Source: Thermoanaerobaculia bacterium | GTDB lineage: Bacteria > Acidobacteriota > Thermoanaerobaculia > Gp7-AA8 | Direction of reading: 5' to 3' | Length of the DNA: 64,000 nucleotides | Assembly (NCBI GenBank): GCA_035525215.1 | Contig: DATLEY010000053.1 | Span: 4,598-68,597, forward strand | Shown: positions 8,458 through 18,184 of the stretch, piece by piece | Position numbering within the stretch: position 1 is the stretch's first letter | Layout of the letters: every line of letters starts with the position of its first letter | Notes under the pieces: generated by a model | What the model saw: only the letters and a program-made list of their open reading frames with translations | Told to the model about the DNA's origin: nothing | The model's database searches: none | Translations under genes and position numbers: made by a program

Positions 8458-11139
8458 ATGTCAGCGTCAGCTGGAAGCCGGCTCGGGCCGTACGAGATCG
8501 TTGCGCCGTTGGGTGCAGGCGGGATGGGAGAAGTCTGGCGCGCGAAGGACACGCGGCTCGACCGCGAGGTCGCGATCAAGATTCTCGCCGTCGATTTTGC
8601 CGCGAATCCGCAGTTCAAAGCGCGTCTCGATCGCGAGGCCCGGACGATCTCCCAACTGAATCATCCGAACGTCTGTACGCTCTTCGACGTCGGTCATCAG
8701 GATGGAGTCGATTTCCTCGTCATGGAGCTCATCGACGGAGAATCTCTCGCCGATCGGCTCATGAAAGGGCGCCTCCCGATCGACGAGGTGTTGCGACACG
8801 GCATCGAGATCGCCAGCGCGCTCGACGCAGCGCATCGTCACGGGATCGTTCATCGAGATCTCAAGCCAGGAAACGTGATGATCACGCGCTCGGGGGCGAA
8901 GCTTCTCGACTTCGGTCTCGCCAAGTCCGGGCCGCTGATGACGTCGGCATCTGGCAGTGGACAGTCGGTCGATCTGGCGACCGAACACAAGCCGCTCACC
9001 GAGCAGGGGACGATCCTCGGAACGTTTCAATACATGGCGCCCGAGCAACTCGAGGGGATGGAGGCCGACGCTCGAACTGACATCTTTGCCTTCGGCGCAT
9101 TGCTTTACGAGATGGCAACGGGACGACGTGCGTTCCAGGGAAAGAACAGGACGTCGCTGATCGCTGCGATCGTGTCAGGTACCCCTCAGCCGGTTAGCGA
9201 GCTTGCCCCCCTTACCCCACCCGCACTCGGCCATGTCATTAAAAAATGTCTGGCGAAAGATGCCGACGATCGCTGGCAGAGCGCGCACGACATCGCCGAT
9301 CAGTTGCGATGGATTGCCGAGGCGGGATCGCAGGCGGGAGAAGCGGCCCCGGTGCTTGCCCGGAGGAAGGCACGGTTGCGCGTCGCGTGGGCGCTTCATG
9401 CCGCCACCGCGCTCGTTGCGATCCTTACGACTTTCGCGGTTCTTCATCTGCGCGCAGTCCCGCCGCGCGTCGTGCGCTCCTCGCTCCTCGCTCCCGACAG
9501 GACGCAGTTCGATCCGGACTCGGGCGCCATGGTTCTTTCGCCGGACGGCCGCCGCATGGCGTTCATCGCGCGTAGTCAAGACGGGAGACAGATGTTGTGG
9601 GTGAGGCCACTCGATGCGGTGACGGCGCAGCCTCTCGCCGGCACCGAGGATGCGAAGTTCCCTTTCTGGTCGCCCGACAGCCGTTTCATCGGATTTTTCT
9701 CAGCTGGAAAACTGCGCAGGATCGATGCGAACGGCGGTCCCTCGCAGGCCTTGTGTGATGCCTCAGACGGGCGCGGCGGCAGCTGGAGCGAGACCGGAAC
9801 GATCCTCTTCACTCCTTCTCAGACGGATGGACTTTTGCGGGTTTCGTCCGCCGGAGGGACGCCCATTGCCGTGACGGATCTGAATACGACGAATGGAGAG
9901 TCATCGCATCGGTTTCCGCAGTTCCTTCCCGACGGCATCCATTTCCTCTACCTCGTCGAAGGACGTCCGGAAGCCGAGGGGACCGAGGGAGGGTTCGCGC
10001 TCTACGCCGGTTCGACCGAATCGAAGAAACGCGTGCGGCTGATCGCGACGAACTCGTCGGCACGGTATGCGAGATCGGGTCACCTTCTCTTCCTCCGTGA
10101 CCGTACGCTGGTAGCTCAGCGATTCGACGCCAAGAAACTCGCGCTTCTCGGCGAGGCCTTCCCGGTGGCCGAGAACATGACCCGCACGGCAAGGTTCGAG
10201 TCGATGTTCAGCGTGTCGGACGAAGGTCTCCTCGCGTTTCGCGCTGGAGTCGGCTCGAATCTCTCGAGTCTCGTCTGGGTCGATCGGGAGGGCCGCGACC
10301 TCGGACCCGTCGGTAAACCGGCCGATTATCGGAGCATCGCGCTTTCCCATGATGGCAGGCGCGTCGCGGCGGCCATCCTCGGCGACAAGAGTCAGGATAC
10401 GGACATCTGGGTGCTCGACCTCGAGCGGGGCACATCGACACGTCTGACCTTCAATTCAGCGGACGACTACGTCCCGATCTGGTCGGCCGATGACAAGCGG
10501 ATCTTCTTCACCTCGAATCGACAGGGACGAGGCGACGTGTTCTGGAAAGCCAGTGACGGGACGGGCGTCGACACCGTCGCGATCGCGGATCCGGAGTGGA
10601 GCATGCTGCGGAGCCTTTCGGCTGACGGCCGCATCGGAGGCCTGAACACCAACAACGTCAAGAAAAAGAACGGCTGGGACATCTCGCTTGTGGACTTTCC
10701 AGAGGGCAAGGTGCGGGTGCTTCTGGAGACTCCATTTCATGAACTCAATCCGATGCTCTCTCCAGACGGCCTCTGGATGACTTACCAGTCGAATGAATCG
10801 GGGCGGAGTGAAATCTATGTGCAGTCACTGCAGGACGAAGGTGGGAAGTGGCAGATTTCCACCGATGGTGGCGGGCAGCCGATGTGGAGCCGCGGGGACA
10901 GCGAGATCGTGTTTCTTTCACCCGAGCGGATGTTGATGGCCGTTGATGTGAAGCTGGCGCCACAGTTCACCGCGTCCGTTCCACGCCTCCTCGCTGACCC
11001 GAAGATCCGGCCGATCGTGGCGATGCAGTACGCGATCTCCCGCGACGGAAACCGCTTCCTGATCAACCGCGCAATGGAGCGTGGCGACGGAACGCCGGTA
11101 ACGCTCGTGCACAACTGGACCTCAGCAATCGGCAAGTAG
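8458..11139 (+). CDS. Ser/Thr protein kinase fused to a TolB-like (PD40/WD40-like) beta-propeller
   Basis: GAGGMGEVW P-loop, AIK, HRDLKPGN, DFGLA and APE motifs. A TM segment follows (ATALVAILTTFAVL). The C-terminal ~550 aa carry repeated SPDG../WSPD propeller motifs. I chose the start at MSASAGSRLGPYEI. Confidence 0.85.
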   Translation: MSASAGSRLGPYEIVAPLGAGGMGEVWRAKDTRLDREVAIKILAVDFAANPQFKARLDREARTISQLNHPNVCTLFDVGHQDGVDFLVMELIDGESLADRLMKGRLPIDEVLRHGIEIASALDAAHRHGIVHRDLKPGNVMITRSGAKLLDFGLAKSGPLMTSASGSGQSVDLATEHKPLTEQGTILGTFQYMAPEQLEGMEADARTDIFAFGALLYEMATGRRAFQGKNRTSLIAAIVSGTPQPVSELAPLTPPALGHVIKKCLAKDADDRWQSAHDIADQLRWIAEAGSQAGEAAPVLARRKARLRVAWALHAATALVAILTTFAVLHLRAVPPRVVRSSLLAPDRTQFDPDSGAMVLSPDGRRMAFIARSQDGRQMLWVRPLDAVTAQPLAGTEDAKFPFWSPDSRFIGFFSAGKLRRIDANGGPSQALCDASDGRGGSWSETGTILFTPSQTDGLLRVSSAGGTPIAVTDLNTTNGESSHRFPQFLPDGIHFLYLVEGRPEAEGTEGGFALYAGSTESKKRVRLIATNSSARYARSGHLLFLRDRTLVAQRFDAKKLALLGEAFPVAENMTRTARFESMFSVSDEGLLAFRAGVGSNLSSLVWVDREGRDLGPVGKPADYRSIALSHDGRRVAAAILGDKSQDTDIWVLDLERGTSTRLTFNSADDYVPIWSADDKRIFFTSNRQGRGDVFWKASDGTGVDTVAIADPEWSMLRSLSADGRIGGLNTNNVKKKNGWDISLVDFPEGKVRVLLETPFHELNPMLSPDGLWMTYQSNESGRSEIYVQSLQDEGGKWQISTDGGGQPMWSRGDSEIVFLSPERMLMAVDVKLAPQFTASVPRLLADPKIRPIVAMQYAISRDGNRFLINRAMERGDGTPVTLVHNWTSAIGK

Positions 11140-11210
11140 CGACATATGACCTGCGGGGGCCGGGCTCCTCGCTAGTCTCAAAAGGACATCCCGGACTTCA
11201 TTACGGCTCT

Positions 11211-11253
11211 CGCTCGCGACGTTCCCCCACTTTGAATGACCTGCCCTTCCCGC
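11211..11253. repeat. solo copy of an element end (cgctcgcgacgttcccccacttTgaatgacc tgcccttcccgc)
   Basis: Near-identical to 30391-30428. The terminal ctgaatgacc is shared with the TIR of the 230-bp element. Confidence 0.5.
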
Positions 11254-11283
11254 GCGCATCCGCTGCCGGCGTAAAAGCCGCGC

Positions 11284-12102
11284 TCACGGCTTCGACGAAC
11301 CGGATGCAAACTGCGGCAGCAGCTCCTCCGATTCGTGCTCGAGCATGTCGAGGGCCATCTGCCGGCTGATCCCTCCCGCTTCGAGAGCGAGGCGCAGCGC
11401 CGCGAGGGCACGAGTAATCGCGCGCTGCAGCTGTTGTCTGGTGATTCCGAGGCGGCGCGCCGCTTCGACTGCATTCACGCCATCGCGGTAGCGCAGCTCG
11501 AGAATCTGACGATCCCGGGGCGAGAGCGTGAGGAGCCCCTTGGCGATTGCGATCGAGGTAAACCCAGCGACCTCGGCGCGCTCGCGCCGCATGGCCGCGC
11601 GCTCGATTTCCATTCCGTCGGTCGTCGCATCGGTATCGCGCGGCATCCCGAGCAGGACCGGACGCCCGGCCCGTTGCGGCAGGCGGACGCGCACCCAATG
11701 AAGCTCGCCCACAGAGACCGCGTGCTTCTCATTCAGCATCAGGATTCCGCAGGCCTCGTCGAACGTGTGTCCGTCGCGGATGATCAGCTCCTCGAGGCGA
11801 ACCGCGACTTCACCCATGCGGCGAGCCTCCGTCGAAGAGCGCCAGCGGCCGATCTCGCGTTGCTTGTGGTCGAGAAACAACCGCTGAATGACGACGGTCA
11901 GCCATGTCGAGATGTGACTGCGGCCGTGAAACTTCTTGAGAATGGCGTACTCGTTCTCGATGAGCTTCAGGCGGGTGATCGAGAGAAAGTCCTCCGAGTC
12001 GGCTCCGGTCACGCCGTTCCTGCGCGCGACCGCCGCGGCGATCCTCTCGATCAGCGGAAGCTCGGCCAGATAGAGAGACCGCGCCTGTTCGGTCGTTCGC
12101 AT
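11284..12102 (-). CDS. sigma-70 family RNA polymerase sigma factor (ECF-like regions 2 and 4 with a long insertion between them)
   Basis: Region-2-like segment (HISTWLTVVIQRLFLDHKQRE). Region 4 HTH (LSPRDRQILELRYRDGVNAVEAARRLGITRQQLQRAITRAL). Confidence 0.8.
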   Translation of the reverse strand: MRTTEQARSLYLAELPLIERIAAAVARRNGVTGADSEDFLSITRLKLIENEYAILKKFHGRSHISTWLTVVIQRLFLDHKQREIGRWRSSTEARRMGEVAVRLEELIIRDGHTFDEACGILMLNEKHAVSVGELHWVRVRLPQRAGRPVLLGMPRDTDATTDGMEIERAAMRRERAEVAGFTSIAIAKGLLTLSPRDRQILELRYRDGVNAVEAARRLGITRQQLQRAITRALAALRLALEAGGISRQMALDMLEHESEELLPQFASGSSKP

Positions 12103-12176
12103 TCTGAGGAGGTGTAACCTGAGGAGGGGGTTTTCCTACCCCCGAGCTGGTCGGAATTTCGCAATCGCACACCTCC

Positions 12177-12863
12177 GTGACCCGCTGCGCCCTCGTTCTG
12201 GCCCTCGTTTCGATCCTTTTTGCTCCCTCAGCAGAGGCGGGCTGGACCGTTGGCGCCGAGGGGGGAGAGCACCGCGGATACGCCTTTCTCACCTACTCCA
12301 GGCCGCTCTCGGCCTGGGGCGGTGGCGGACTCGACCTCTGGGGAACCGCCAGCTACCAGTATTACCGGGTGGTCCAGGCTACTGGCTCGACCGATGTCAC
12401 AGCCCCCGGAATCGGCGCGGGCGTGACGTACCACCGCCGGGTCAGCGAACGATTCTGGTTCGCTGCCGGGCCGGGATACGAGTATCGGTGGATCCGAAGA
12501 AGGCTTCCCACAGGTGGAGAGCTCGACGAGGACCAGGGCGGGGTGGTGTTTCAGGGCGCAGCGGAATACCGGATTGCTGAGCGGACGCGTCTGGCAGGGA
12601 CGGCGGGACTTTACGGAGCGACCGACTGGACCTGGTTCCGTGGCTCGCTACGTCAGGAAATCACACCGACATTGCGGGCAGGTCCGGAGATCGGCTTTCA
12701 GGGAAATGCTGAGGTGCGGGTCCGGGAGATCGGGGGCGTAGTCGAGATCCCCTACGGCCGGAACTGGCTCTTCCTCCGGGCCGGGCAGGCGACGGACGAA
12801 TACCAGGGTGGCCTTGAAGAAACCAGGCCGTACTTCAGCGTCGGCGTGACGCGCAGTTTCTGA
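12177..12863 (+). CDS. hypothetical outer-membrane beta-barrel-like protein
   Basis: Signal peptide (LVLALVSILFAPSAEA), alternating Y/G/R-rich strand pattern and a C-terminal aromatic residue (..VTRSF). Confidence 0.5.
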   Translation: MTRCALVLALVSILFAPSAEAGWTVGAEGGEHRGYAFLTYSRPLSAWGGGGLDLWGTASYQYYRVVQATGSTDVTAPGIGAGVTYHRRVSERFWFAAGPGYEYRWIRRRLPTGGELDEDQGGVVFQGAAEYRIAERTRLAGTAGLYGATDWTWFRGSLRQEITPTLRAGPEIGFQGNAEVRVREIGGVVEIPYGRNWLFLRAGQATDEYQGGLEETRPYFSVGVTRSF

Positions 12864-12924
12864 CCCGGTCGTTTGTAACAAACTCCCGGCAGCTGGGCGC
12901 GTATAGCATTGGAGGAGGCACCTC

Positions 12925-13647
12925 ATGTCCCCTCGCCAACTGACACCCAAGATCATCCTGGCAGCATCGGGAGCGGTGATTCTCGCCGCCGTCGTATTCG
13001 CTGGAACTCTCGCACCGTCGCCCCCGACACCACTCCCGCCGGTTTCCGTATCCGTCCCCGCTCCACCGGTCCCCCCGACTCCCGCGGTCAAAGGGGTTCG
13101 AGCCGTGCCGGCCCCCCCCGCGGTTCCTCGCATCCCTCCTTCACGTCGTGATCTCGAGGCCCGGATCTCCGGCGAGACGATCACGGTGAGAGAGGATGGC
13201 GAGAACTGGATCATCGACGACGCCGAGATTCGCGCCAGGATCGAAGCGATCGTTTCTCGCCATCAAGCCAGTGCCCGACGCGCGCTGGAGGATTTCGAGA
13301 GAGCGTGTCCTGCCATCGAAAGAGCGCAGGCCATGGCGCGGCAGATCGAGATCAGCTTCGACGAAGCAGGCTTCGAAAAAATGGCTCTCGACATCGCCAG
13401 ACAAGTCGAACGGGCGACCCGGGAGGCCGAGATCCAGATGCGAGCCCATGAAGAGAGCATGCGGAGCCTCGAGGTGGAGATGGAGAAGCTCGAGACCCAC
13501 ATGGAAAAATTCGAGGCCGAGATGGAGCGCTTCGAAGACGAAATGGAAGAGCTCGAGGAGATGGAGTGGGATGAGGATGCCGACGCGAACCTCGGTCGAA
13601 TCATCCGCGACGCCATCCGCAGCGGAAAGGCCAGCCGAGTCAACTGA
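12925..13647 (+). CDS. hypothetical single-pass membrane protein with Pro-rich linker and acidic coiled coil
   Basis: N-terminal TM segment (IILAASGAVILAAVVFAG), a PxP-rich tract, then a heptad-like E/M/K-rich C-terminus. A strong terminator follows. Confidence 0.5.
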   Translation: MSPRQLTPKIILAASGAVILAAVVFAGTLAPSPPTPLPPVSVSVPAPPVPPTPAVKGVRAVPAPPAVPRIPPSRRDLEARISGETITVREDGENWIIDDAEIRARIEAIVSRHQASARRALEDFERACPAIERAQAMARQIEISFDEAGFEKMALDIARQVERATREAEIQMRAHEESMRSLEVEMEKLETHMEKFEAEMERFEDEMEELEEMEWDEDADANLGRIIRDAIRSGKASRVN

Positions 13648-13665
13648 TCAATTTCCAGTGACATG

Positions 13666-13700
13666 AAAAAAGCCGCGACTCTGTCGCGGCTTTTTATTTT
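13666..13700 (+). terminator. rho-independent terminator
   Basis: aaaaaa GCCGCGAC tctg TCGCGGC TTTTTATTTT, located 19 nt after the stop at 13647. Confidence 0.7.
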
Positions 13701-13734
13701 GGGGCCGTACCGAATCAGCCTAAAATTCGCGCGC

Positions 13735-14193
13735 ATGAAACTCTGGATCGCGCGACACGGAGAAGCCGACGCCGCCGGCTCCGACGATCTTCGCGCGCTG
13801 ACTCGGAACGGCAGTGAAGCCATCGGCGAACTGGCCCGCGCGGCCGCCGCCCGCGGATGGCGGCCCGCCATCATCCGTCACAGCGGAAAGAAGAGAGCGT
13901 TGGAGACCGCGCGCATCCTGCAGAAGCAGACCGGCGGCTCGCTCGTGGCTGAGCCCCTCAAACTGCTGCTCCCCGAAAGCGATCCGGAGGCCCTGCTCCG
14001 CTGGATCGACGAACAGAATCAGGACCTGCTGCTGGTGAGTCATCTCCCACTGGTCGCCGGAATTGCCGAGGCGCTCGAGGCCGGTCTGCCGGGCGGACGC
14101 TTCGCTCCCGGAACCATCCTCGCGTTCGAACGAGGGAACGGCCGCTGGCTCAATACCGGCCGACTCGCATCGGACGAGCTTCAGCGGGACTGA
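13735..14193 (+). CDS. sixA: phosphohistidine phosphatase SixA
   Basis: MKLWIARHGEA... (RHG histidine-phosphatase motif), ~150 aa, ...LLVSHLP. The start at 13735 was chosen because the upstream part of the ORF overlaps the terminator. Confidence 0.75.
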   Translation: MKLWIARHGEADAAGSDDLRALTRNGSEAIGELARAAAARGWRPAIIRHSGKKRALETARILQKQTGGSLVAEPLKLLLPESDPEALLRWIDEQNQDLLLVSHLPLVAGIAEALEAGLPGGRFAPGTILAFERGNGRWLNTGRLASDELQRD

Positions 14194-15464
14194 AGCAGAA
14201 AGTCCACCGCGAGAGACGCGAGAGCTCTCACTCCGAGCGGGAGGCTTGCCTCGTCCACGAAGAAGCGCGGCGAATGATTCGGGGCTGCCTCCTCGACACT
14301 CTGCCCCGCCGGGGTGCAGCCGAGAAAGAAGAACATCCCCGGCACCCGCTCCTGGAACGCCGAGAAGTCCTCGGCCACGACCGTCGGATTGATCGTCTGG
14401 ACCTTACCACTCCCGGCGACGCGCTCCAGAGTCGGAGCCATCGCCGCGGTCAGCTCCGGATCGTTGTACGTGACGCCAGTTCCATCGGGATCGATCGTCA
14501 CTTCAGCGACGGCTCCGGCGCTCTCAGCGATGTTGATCGCGGTCCGCTTGATCTTCTCGTGAATCGCCGTGCGCATTCCGGAGTCGAGCGCGCGCACCGT
14601 CCCGACCATCTTCACTTCTTCCGGAATGATGTTGTAGCGCAGTCCACCCTGAAAGCTGCCGATGGTGACGATGGAGGGAGCAAGCGTGGAATCGAGCTGT
14701 CTGCTCGGTATCGTCTGCAGCGCCATCACGATCTGAGAGCCGATCACGATGGGGTCGATGCCGCGCCAGGGATAAGCGCCATGGGTCTGCTTGCCGCGTA
14801 CCAGGATCTCGAACCGGTCCGAGGACGCCATGAGGCTTCCAGCGCGGTAGTCGATCTCCCCCGTATTCGCGGATGACATCACGTGAAGCCCGAAGATCGC
14901 GTCCGGCTTCGGATTCTCGAGAGCGCCGTCTTCGATCATGGCGACCGCGCCCCCTTCCCCTTCTTCCGCCGGCTGGAAGATGAACTTCACGCTCCCCGCG
15001 ATCTGCTCCTTCATCCCCGCCAGAACCTCGGCGACGCCCATGAGGATGGCGACATGGGCGTCGTGTCCGCAGGCATGCATGACTCCCACTTCGTCCCCAC
15101 CGTACATGGTTTTCACGGTCGACTTGAACGGGAGATCGACTTCCTCGACCACTGGAAGGGCATCCATGTCCGCGCGTAGAGCCACCACCGGTCCCGGCTT
15201 CCCTCCGCGGAGGAGACCGACCACCCCAGTTCCGCCGACACCCTCGCGTACCTCCATCCCCAGAGAGCGGAGATGATCGGCGGCGAGCTTCGCCGTCCGG
15301 ACCTCATGCCGGCTCAGCTCGGGGTGTCGATGAATGTCGCGTCGCCACGCCACGACCTTCTCCTCCACCGCGCGTGCCCGCCGGTCGATCTCGGCTTGAA
15401 GCTCCTGAGCAGTCAGTGAAGTCGCACTCATGAGAATGAGAACAAGAGCAGCGGCGCGCCTCAT
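14181..15464 (-). CDS. M20 family amidohydrolase (M20D, aminoacylase/hippurate hydrolase-like), secreted
   Basis: Signal peptide, HACGHDAH metal site and M20D-type layout. Confidence 0.85.
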   Translation of the reverse strand: MRRAAALVLILMSATSLTAQELQAEIDRRARAVEEKVVAWRRDIHRHPELSRHEVRTAKLAADHLRSLGMEVREGVGGTGVVGLLRGGKPGPVVALRADMDALPVVEEVDLPFKSTVKTMYGGDEVGVMHACGHDAHVAILMGVAEVLAGMKEQIAGSVKFIFQPAEEGEGGAVAMIEDGALENPKPDAIFGLHVMSSANTGEIDYRAGSLMASSDRFEILVRGKQTHGAYPWRGIDPIVIGSQIVMALQTIPSRQLDSTLAPSIVTIGSFQGGLRYNIIPEEVKMVGTVRALDSGMRTAIHEKIKRTAINIAESAGAVAEVTIDPDGTGVTYNDPELTAAMAPTLERVAGSGKVQTINPTVVAEDFSAFQERVPGMFFFLGCTPAGQSVEEAAPNHSPRFFVDEASLPLGVRALASLAVDFLLQSR

Positions 15465-15548
15465 CAGCTTACCTCCATGCGAAGTCGGCGGTCATTGGCG
15501 GGTCATTCTAATCCGACCCGCTTGCTCCTCGAGGGCGAAAACACGGCC

Positions 15549-15869
15549 TCAATGCGCTGATTCAGAGGAAGCCTCGTACAGGAGATGCTCGGAAGTCGAA
15601 TCTCCCTCGGCGGCCTCATAGAACCACTCGTTCTGCTCAGGGAAGCCGGGGAGCACCTCGGGGAGCATTCCGACGAGGTGAGTGAACCCAGTCATCCCCT
15701 CGCTGACCTCGACAGACTGGCCATCGCGGAGTTGAAGACGGAGGGTCAATGCCTCCGCGTCGCCGTCCGCGCGCCGCATGGCGGAGACGGCCACTACGTC
15801 CGTCCAGAGGAGAGAGGGGGCGCCCGGCATGCTCATCCCCACGGCTGTGAACGTCATCGCTTCCATCAC
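15549..15869 (-). CDS. hypothetical protein
   Basis: Only the ORF and its co-orientation with neighbours support this. No motif recognised. Confidence 0.35.
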   Translation of the reverse strand: MMEAMTFTAVGMSMPGAPSLLWTDVVAVSAMRRADGDAEALTLRLQLRDGQSVEVSEGMTGFTHLVGMLPEVLPGFPEQNEWFYEAAEGDSTSEHLLYEASSESAH

Positions 15870-15881
15870 TCGCCTCCCTGA

Positions 15882-16868
15882 TCATTTTTTCGGCGGGCTC
15901 GCCAGCATGAGCGGCTGGATCCAGGCGGCGCGGCCATTCGAGTCGGTCACCTTCGCCCGCACGTATCCTTCATCTCCGCGGATCTCGTAGAACGCCGGAT
16001 TGGTCGTCGTCTCCGCCAGCACCATTCCGCCCCGCCCGACGAACTGCGTCGTGTAGCGAGCGCCGCCCGACTCCCGGATCTCGATGCGAAAGGTGCGCCG
16101 GTTCCGATCGACCGCGTTCAGCGCCACGCCCGTCGAGGCATAAAACTCGCCGTTTTCCAGAGCGGTCAGAAGCTCAGCGGTGGCCAGCTTCGAGGCCCTC
16201 ACCGCCACCCACCCCTGTCCCGGACGCGCCGCGTCGCGGTCCCAGGGGCGCTTGAAGTGGTGGGCGTCGTCGACCGCGATCCCGTAGAGCAGCTTTCCGC
16301 TCGTCAGGATCTCGTCCCACATTTCTTCCAGGCTCCGGGCCGCGCCTCCGCCGTGGTTGTTGACGAATGGGTGGCCGTTGAAAATCTCGAAAAGACGATC
16401 ATTGCGTACCTTTTTCAAATCATCCGCGGTGATGGCCCAGCCGAAATTCGGGTGATTGATGTGCGGGACGCCTTTGGCTGCCCGGATGACATCGACGTTC
16501 CGCTGGATGGTGTCGGCCACGGAGCTGCCGCCCTGAGGATCGAGCTGCTTCGCGAGGTCGAGTCCATTGACGTGAATCGGTTTCCCTTCGAATCCGTCGG
16601 TGAGCTCTTCTCCACGGATGACCAGAAACTTCCCCTCCGCCCCGTAGAGACCCTGGAGCGAGTCGACGGAGGTGAGGAAGTTGTGGTCCGTGATCACCAC
16701 GAAGTCGTACCCGTGCTCGCGATACCAGCGGACCACTTCGTCGGGAGTCGAGTCACCGTCGCTGTTGAGCGTGTGTGTGTGGGTGTTTCCCTTGAACCAG
16801 CGGAGCGCCGGCTCGGCGGCGGAGAGCTCGAGCGCGAGAAGAGTGATGAGGGCCAAAGAAAGTCGCAT
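15882..16868 (-). CDS. PHP-domain (CehA/McbA-like) metallohydrolase, secreted
   Basis: GNTHTHTLNSDGD...VVITDHN PHP motifs. ATG at 16868 follows CAGGAGAACC. Signal peptide (LSLALITLLALELSAA). Confidence 0.7.
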   Translation of the reverse strand: MRLSLALITLLALELSAAEPALRWFKGNTHTHTLNSDGDSTPDEVVRWYREHGYDFVVITDHNFLTSVDSLQGLYGAEGKFLVIRGEELTDGFEGKPIHVNGLDLAKQLDPQGGSSVADTIQRNVDVIRAAKGVPHINHPNFGWAITADDLKKVRNDRLFEIFNGHPFVNNHGGGAARSLEEMWDEILTSGKLLYGIAVDDAHHFKRPWDRDAARPGQGWVAVRASKLATAELLTALENGEFYASTGVALNAVDRNRRTFRIEIRESGGARYTTQFVGRGGMVLAETTTNPAFYEIRGDEGYVRAKVTDSNGRAAWIQPLMLASPPKK

Positions 16869-16903
16869 GAGGTTCTCCTGTAGGTTCCGACTCCTACCGA
16901 AGT

Positions 16904-17950
16904 TCAACCACGCTGGCCTCCGCCGATCCACCCGAGGCGGCGGAAGAGCAGAAGGAGTGCGACCGCGATCCCCACCATACCCGAGAGGACTCCGAAGTAG
17001 CCAAAACGCCAGCGCAGCTCCGGCATATAGGCGAAATTCATGCCGTAGACCCCGGCGATCAGCGTCAGAGGAAGAACGATCGTGGAGACGACGGTCAGCA
17101 CCTTCGCGATGTCGCTGGTGCGGTTCGCCGCGACGGCCTGCAGCCTTCGAACGATGCCATCGAGGAGATCCCGCGACGAGTCCACGGCGGCGCGGATGGC
17201 CACGGCGTTCTGCTGCATCTCCGAGAAGGAAAATCGCGCCTCGCCGCTGATGAAGGGGCTGTGCTTCATGACCATCTGCATGAGAACGATGTGGACGCTC
17301 GCGACCAGCTTCTTCAGCGTCAGGATGTTCGAGCTTGCCACCGCGATCTTCGGAGCGATGTCTTCGTGGCTCTCGGTGAGCACGCCCTGCTCCAAACTGT
17401 CCAGAAAGTTGTCATTGGCCAGATTCAGATGCGCGTAGTCGTAGAGGCAGCGCTGCAGGAAGAGGAAGGCGATGAAGCCGGGCGTCTTGCCGGCGAGGCG
17501 GAAATTCTCCTCCGCCACTTCCTTGACGTAGTCGACCGCGGCGACGCCGCCTCGGTGATAGGTGATCACGTAATCGATCCCGATGATCAGAATCATGCGC
17601 GCGAAATCGATCGGGGTGATCTCACGGCGCGTGTCGAGGTGCTTTTCGGGATTGACGATCTCGTAGAGATAGAAGGCGAGGCAGTCGTGACGCTCGACGA
17701 TCCGCGGGAGGACTTCCGGCTCGTCGAAGTGGCTGGTCAGCACGAGGTCCATTCCGATCGCGCTGAGGATCTCGTTGAGAGGCTCGATGGTCTGAGCCTC
17801 GATGTCGATCCAGGAAAAGACTTCCTCCCGTTCGAGCTCCGCTGCGAACTCTTCCCGGGCGAACCGCCGCACCGACCGGTCGCGGCGATCGAAGCTGACC
17901 CCGTGGAAAAGGCCCGTGCCGGCGGAGGCCGGCGGAACCGCAGCGGTCAT
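16904..17950 (-). CDS. corA: CorA family magnesium/cobalt transporter
   Basis: GVYGMNFAYMPEL (GMN motif) followed by the second C-terminal TM segment. Confidence 0.85.
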   Translation of the reverse strand: MTAAVPPASAGTGLFHGVSFDRRDRSVRRFAREEFAAELEREEVFSWIDIEAQTIEPLNEILSAIGMDLVLTSHFDEPEVLPRIVERHDCLAFYLYEIVNPEKHLDTRREITPIDFARMILIIGIDYVITYHRGGVAAVDYVKEVAEENFRLAGKTPGFIAFLFLQRCLYDYAHLNLANDNFLDSLEQGVLTESHEDIAPKIAVASSNILTLKKLVASVHIVLMQMVMKHSPFISGEARFSFSEMQQNAVAIRAAVDSSRDLLDGIVRRLQAVAANRTSDIAKVLTVVSTIVLPLTLIAGVYGMNFAYMPELRWRFGYFGVLSGMVGIAVALLLLFRRLGWIGGGQRG

Positions 17951-17992
17951 GGCAATGCGACATTCTATGCTTCTGCGAGCTATTCAGAAAAA

Positions 17993-18154
17993 AACGAACG
18001 CAGAACGATGAACGATGAATTTAGAAGAGAGTCAAAAGCAGCCGTTCAGCGCGAGCGAAGCCTGGACAGAACATCAAGAAACGAGCAGAACGGGTCCGCC
18101 GTTTCTAAATTCATCGTTCTGCGTTCTGCGTTCTGCGTTCGCCTTTGACTCTCT
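17993..18154. repeat. heptamer-arm palindromic repeat (TTCTGCG family), locus B
   Basis: Left arm: aacgaacgcagaacgatgaacgatgaatttagaa + gagagtcaaaag. Right arm: ttctaaattcatcgttctgcgttctgcgttctgcgttcg + cctttgactctct. Confidence 0.8.
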
Positions 18155-18184
18155 CCGGTCCCAGCCACCTGCCGACGCTCTCAC

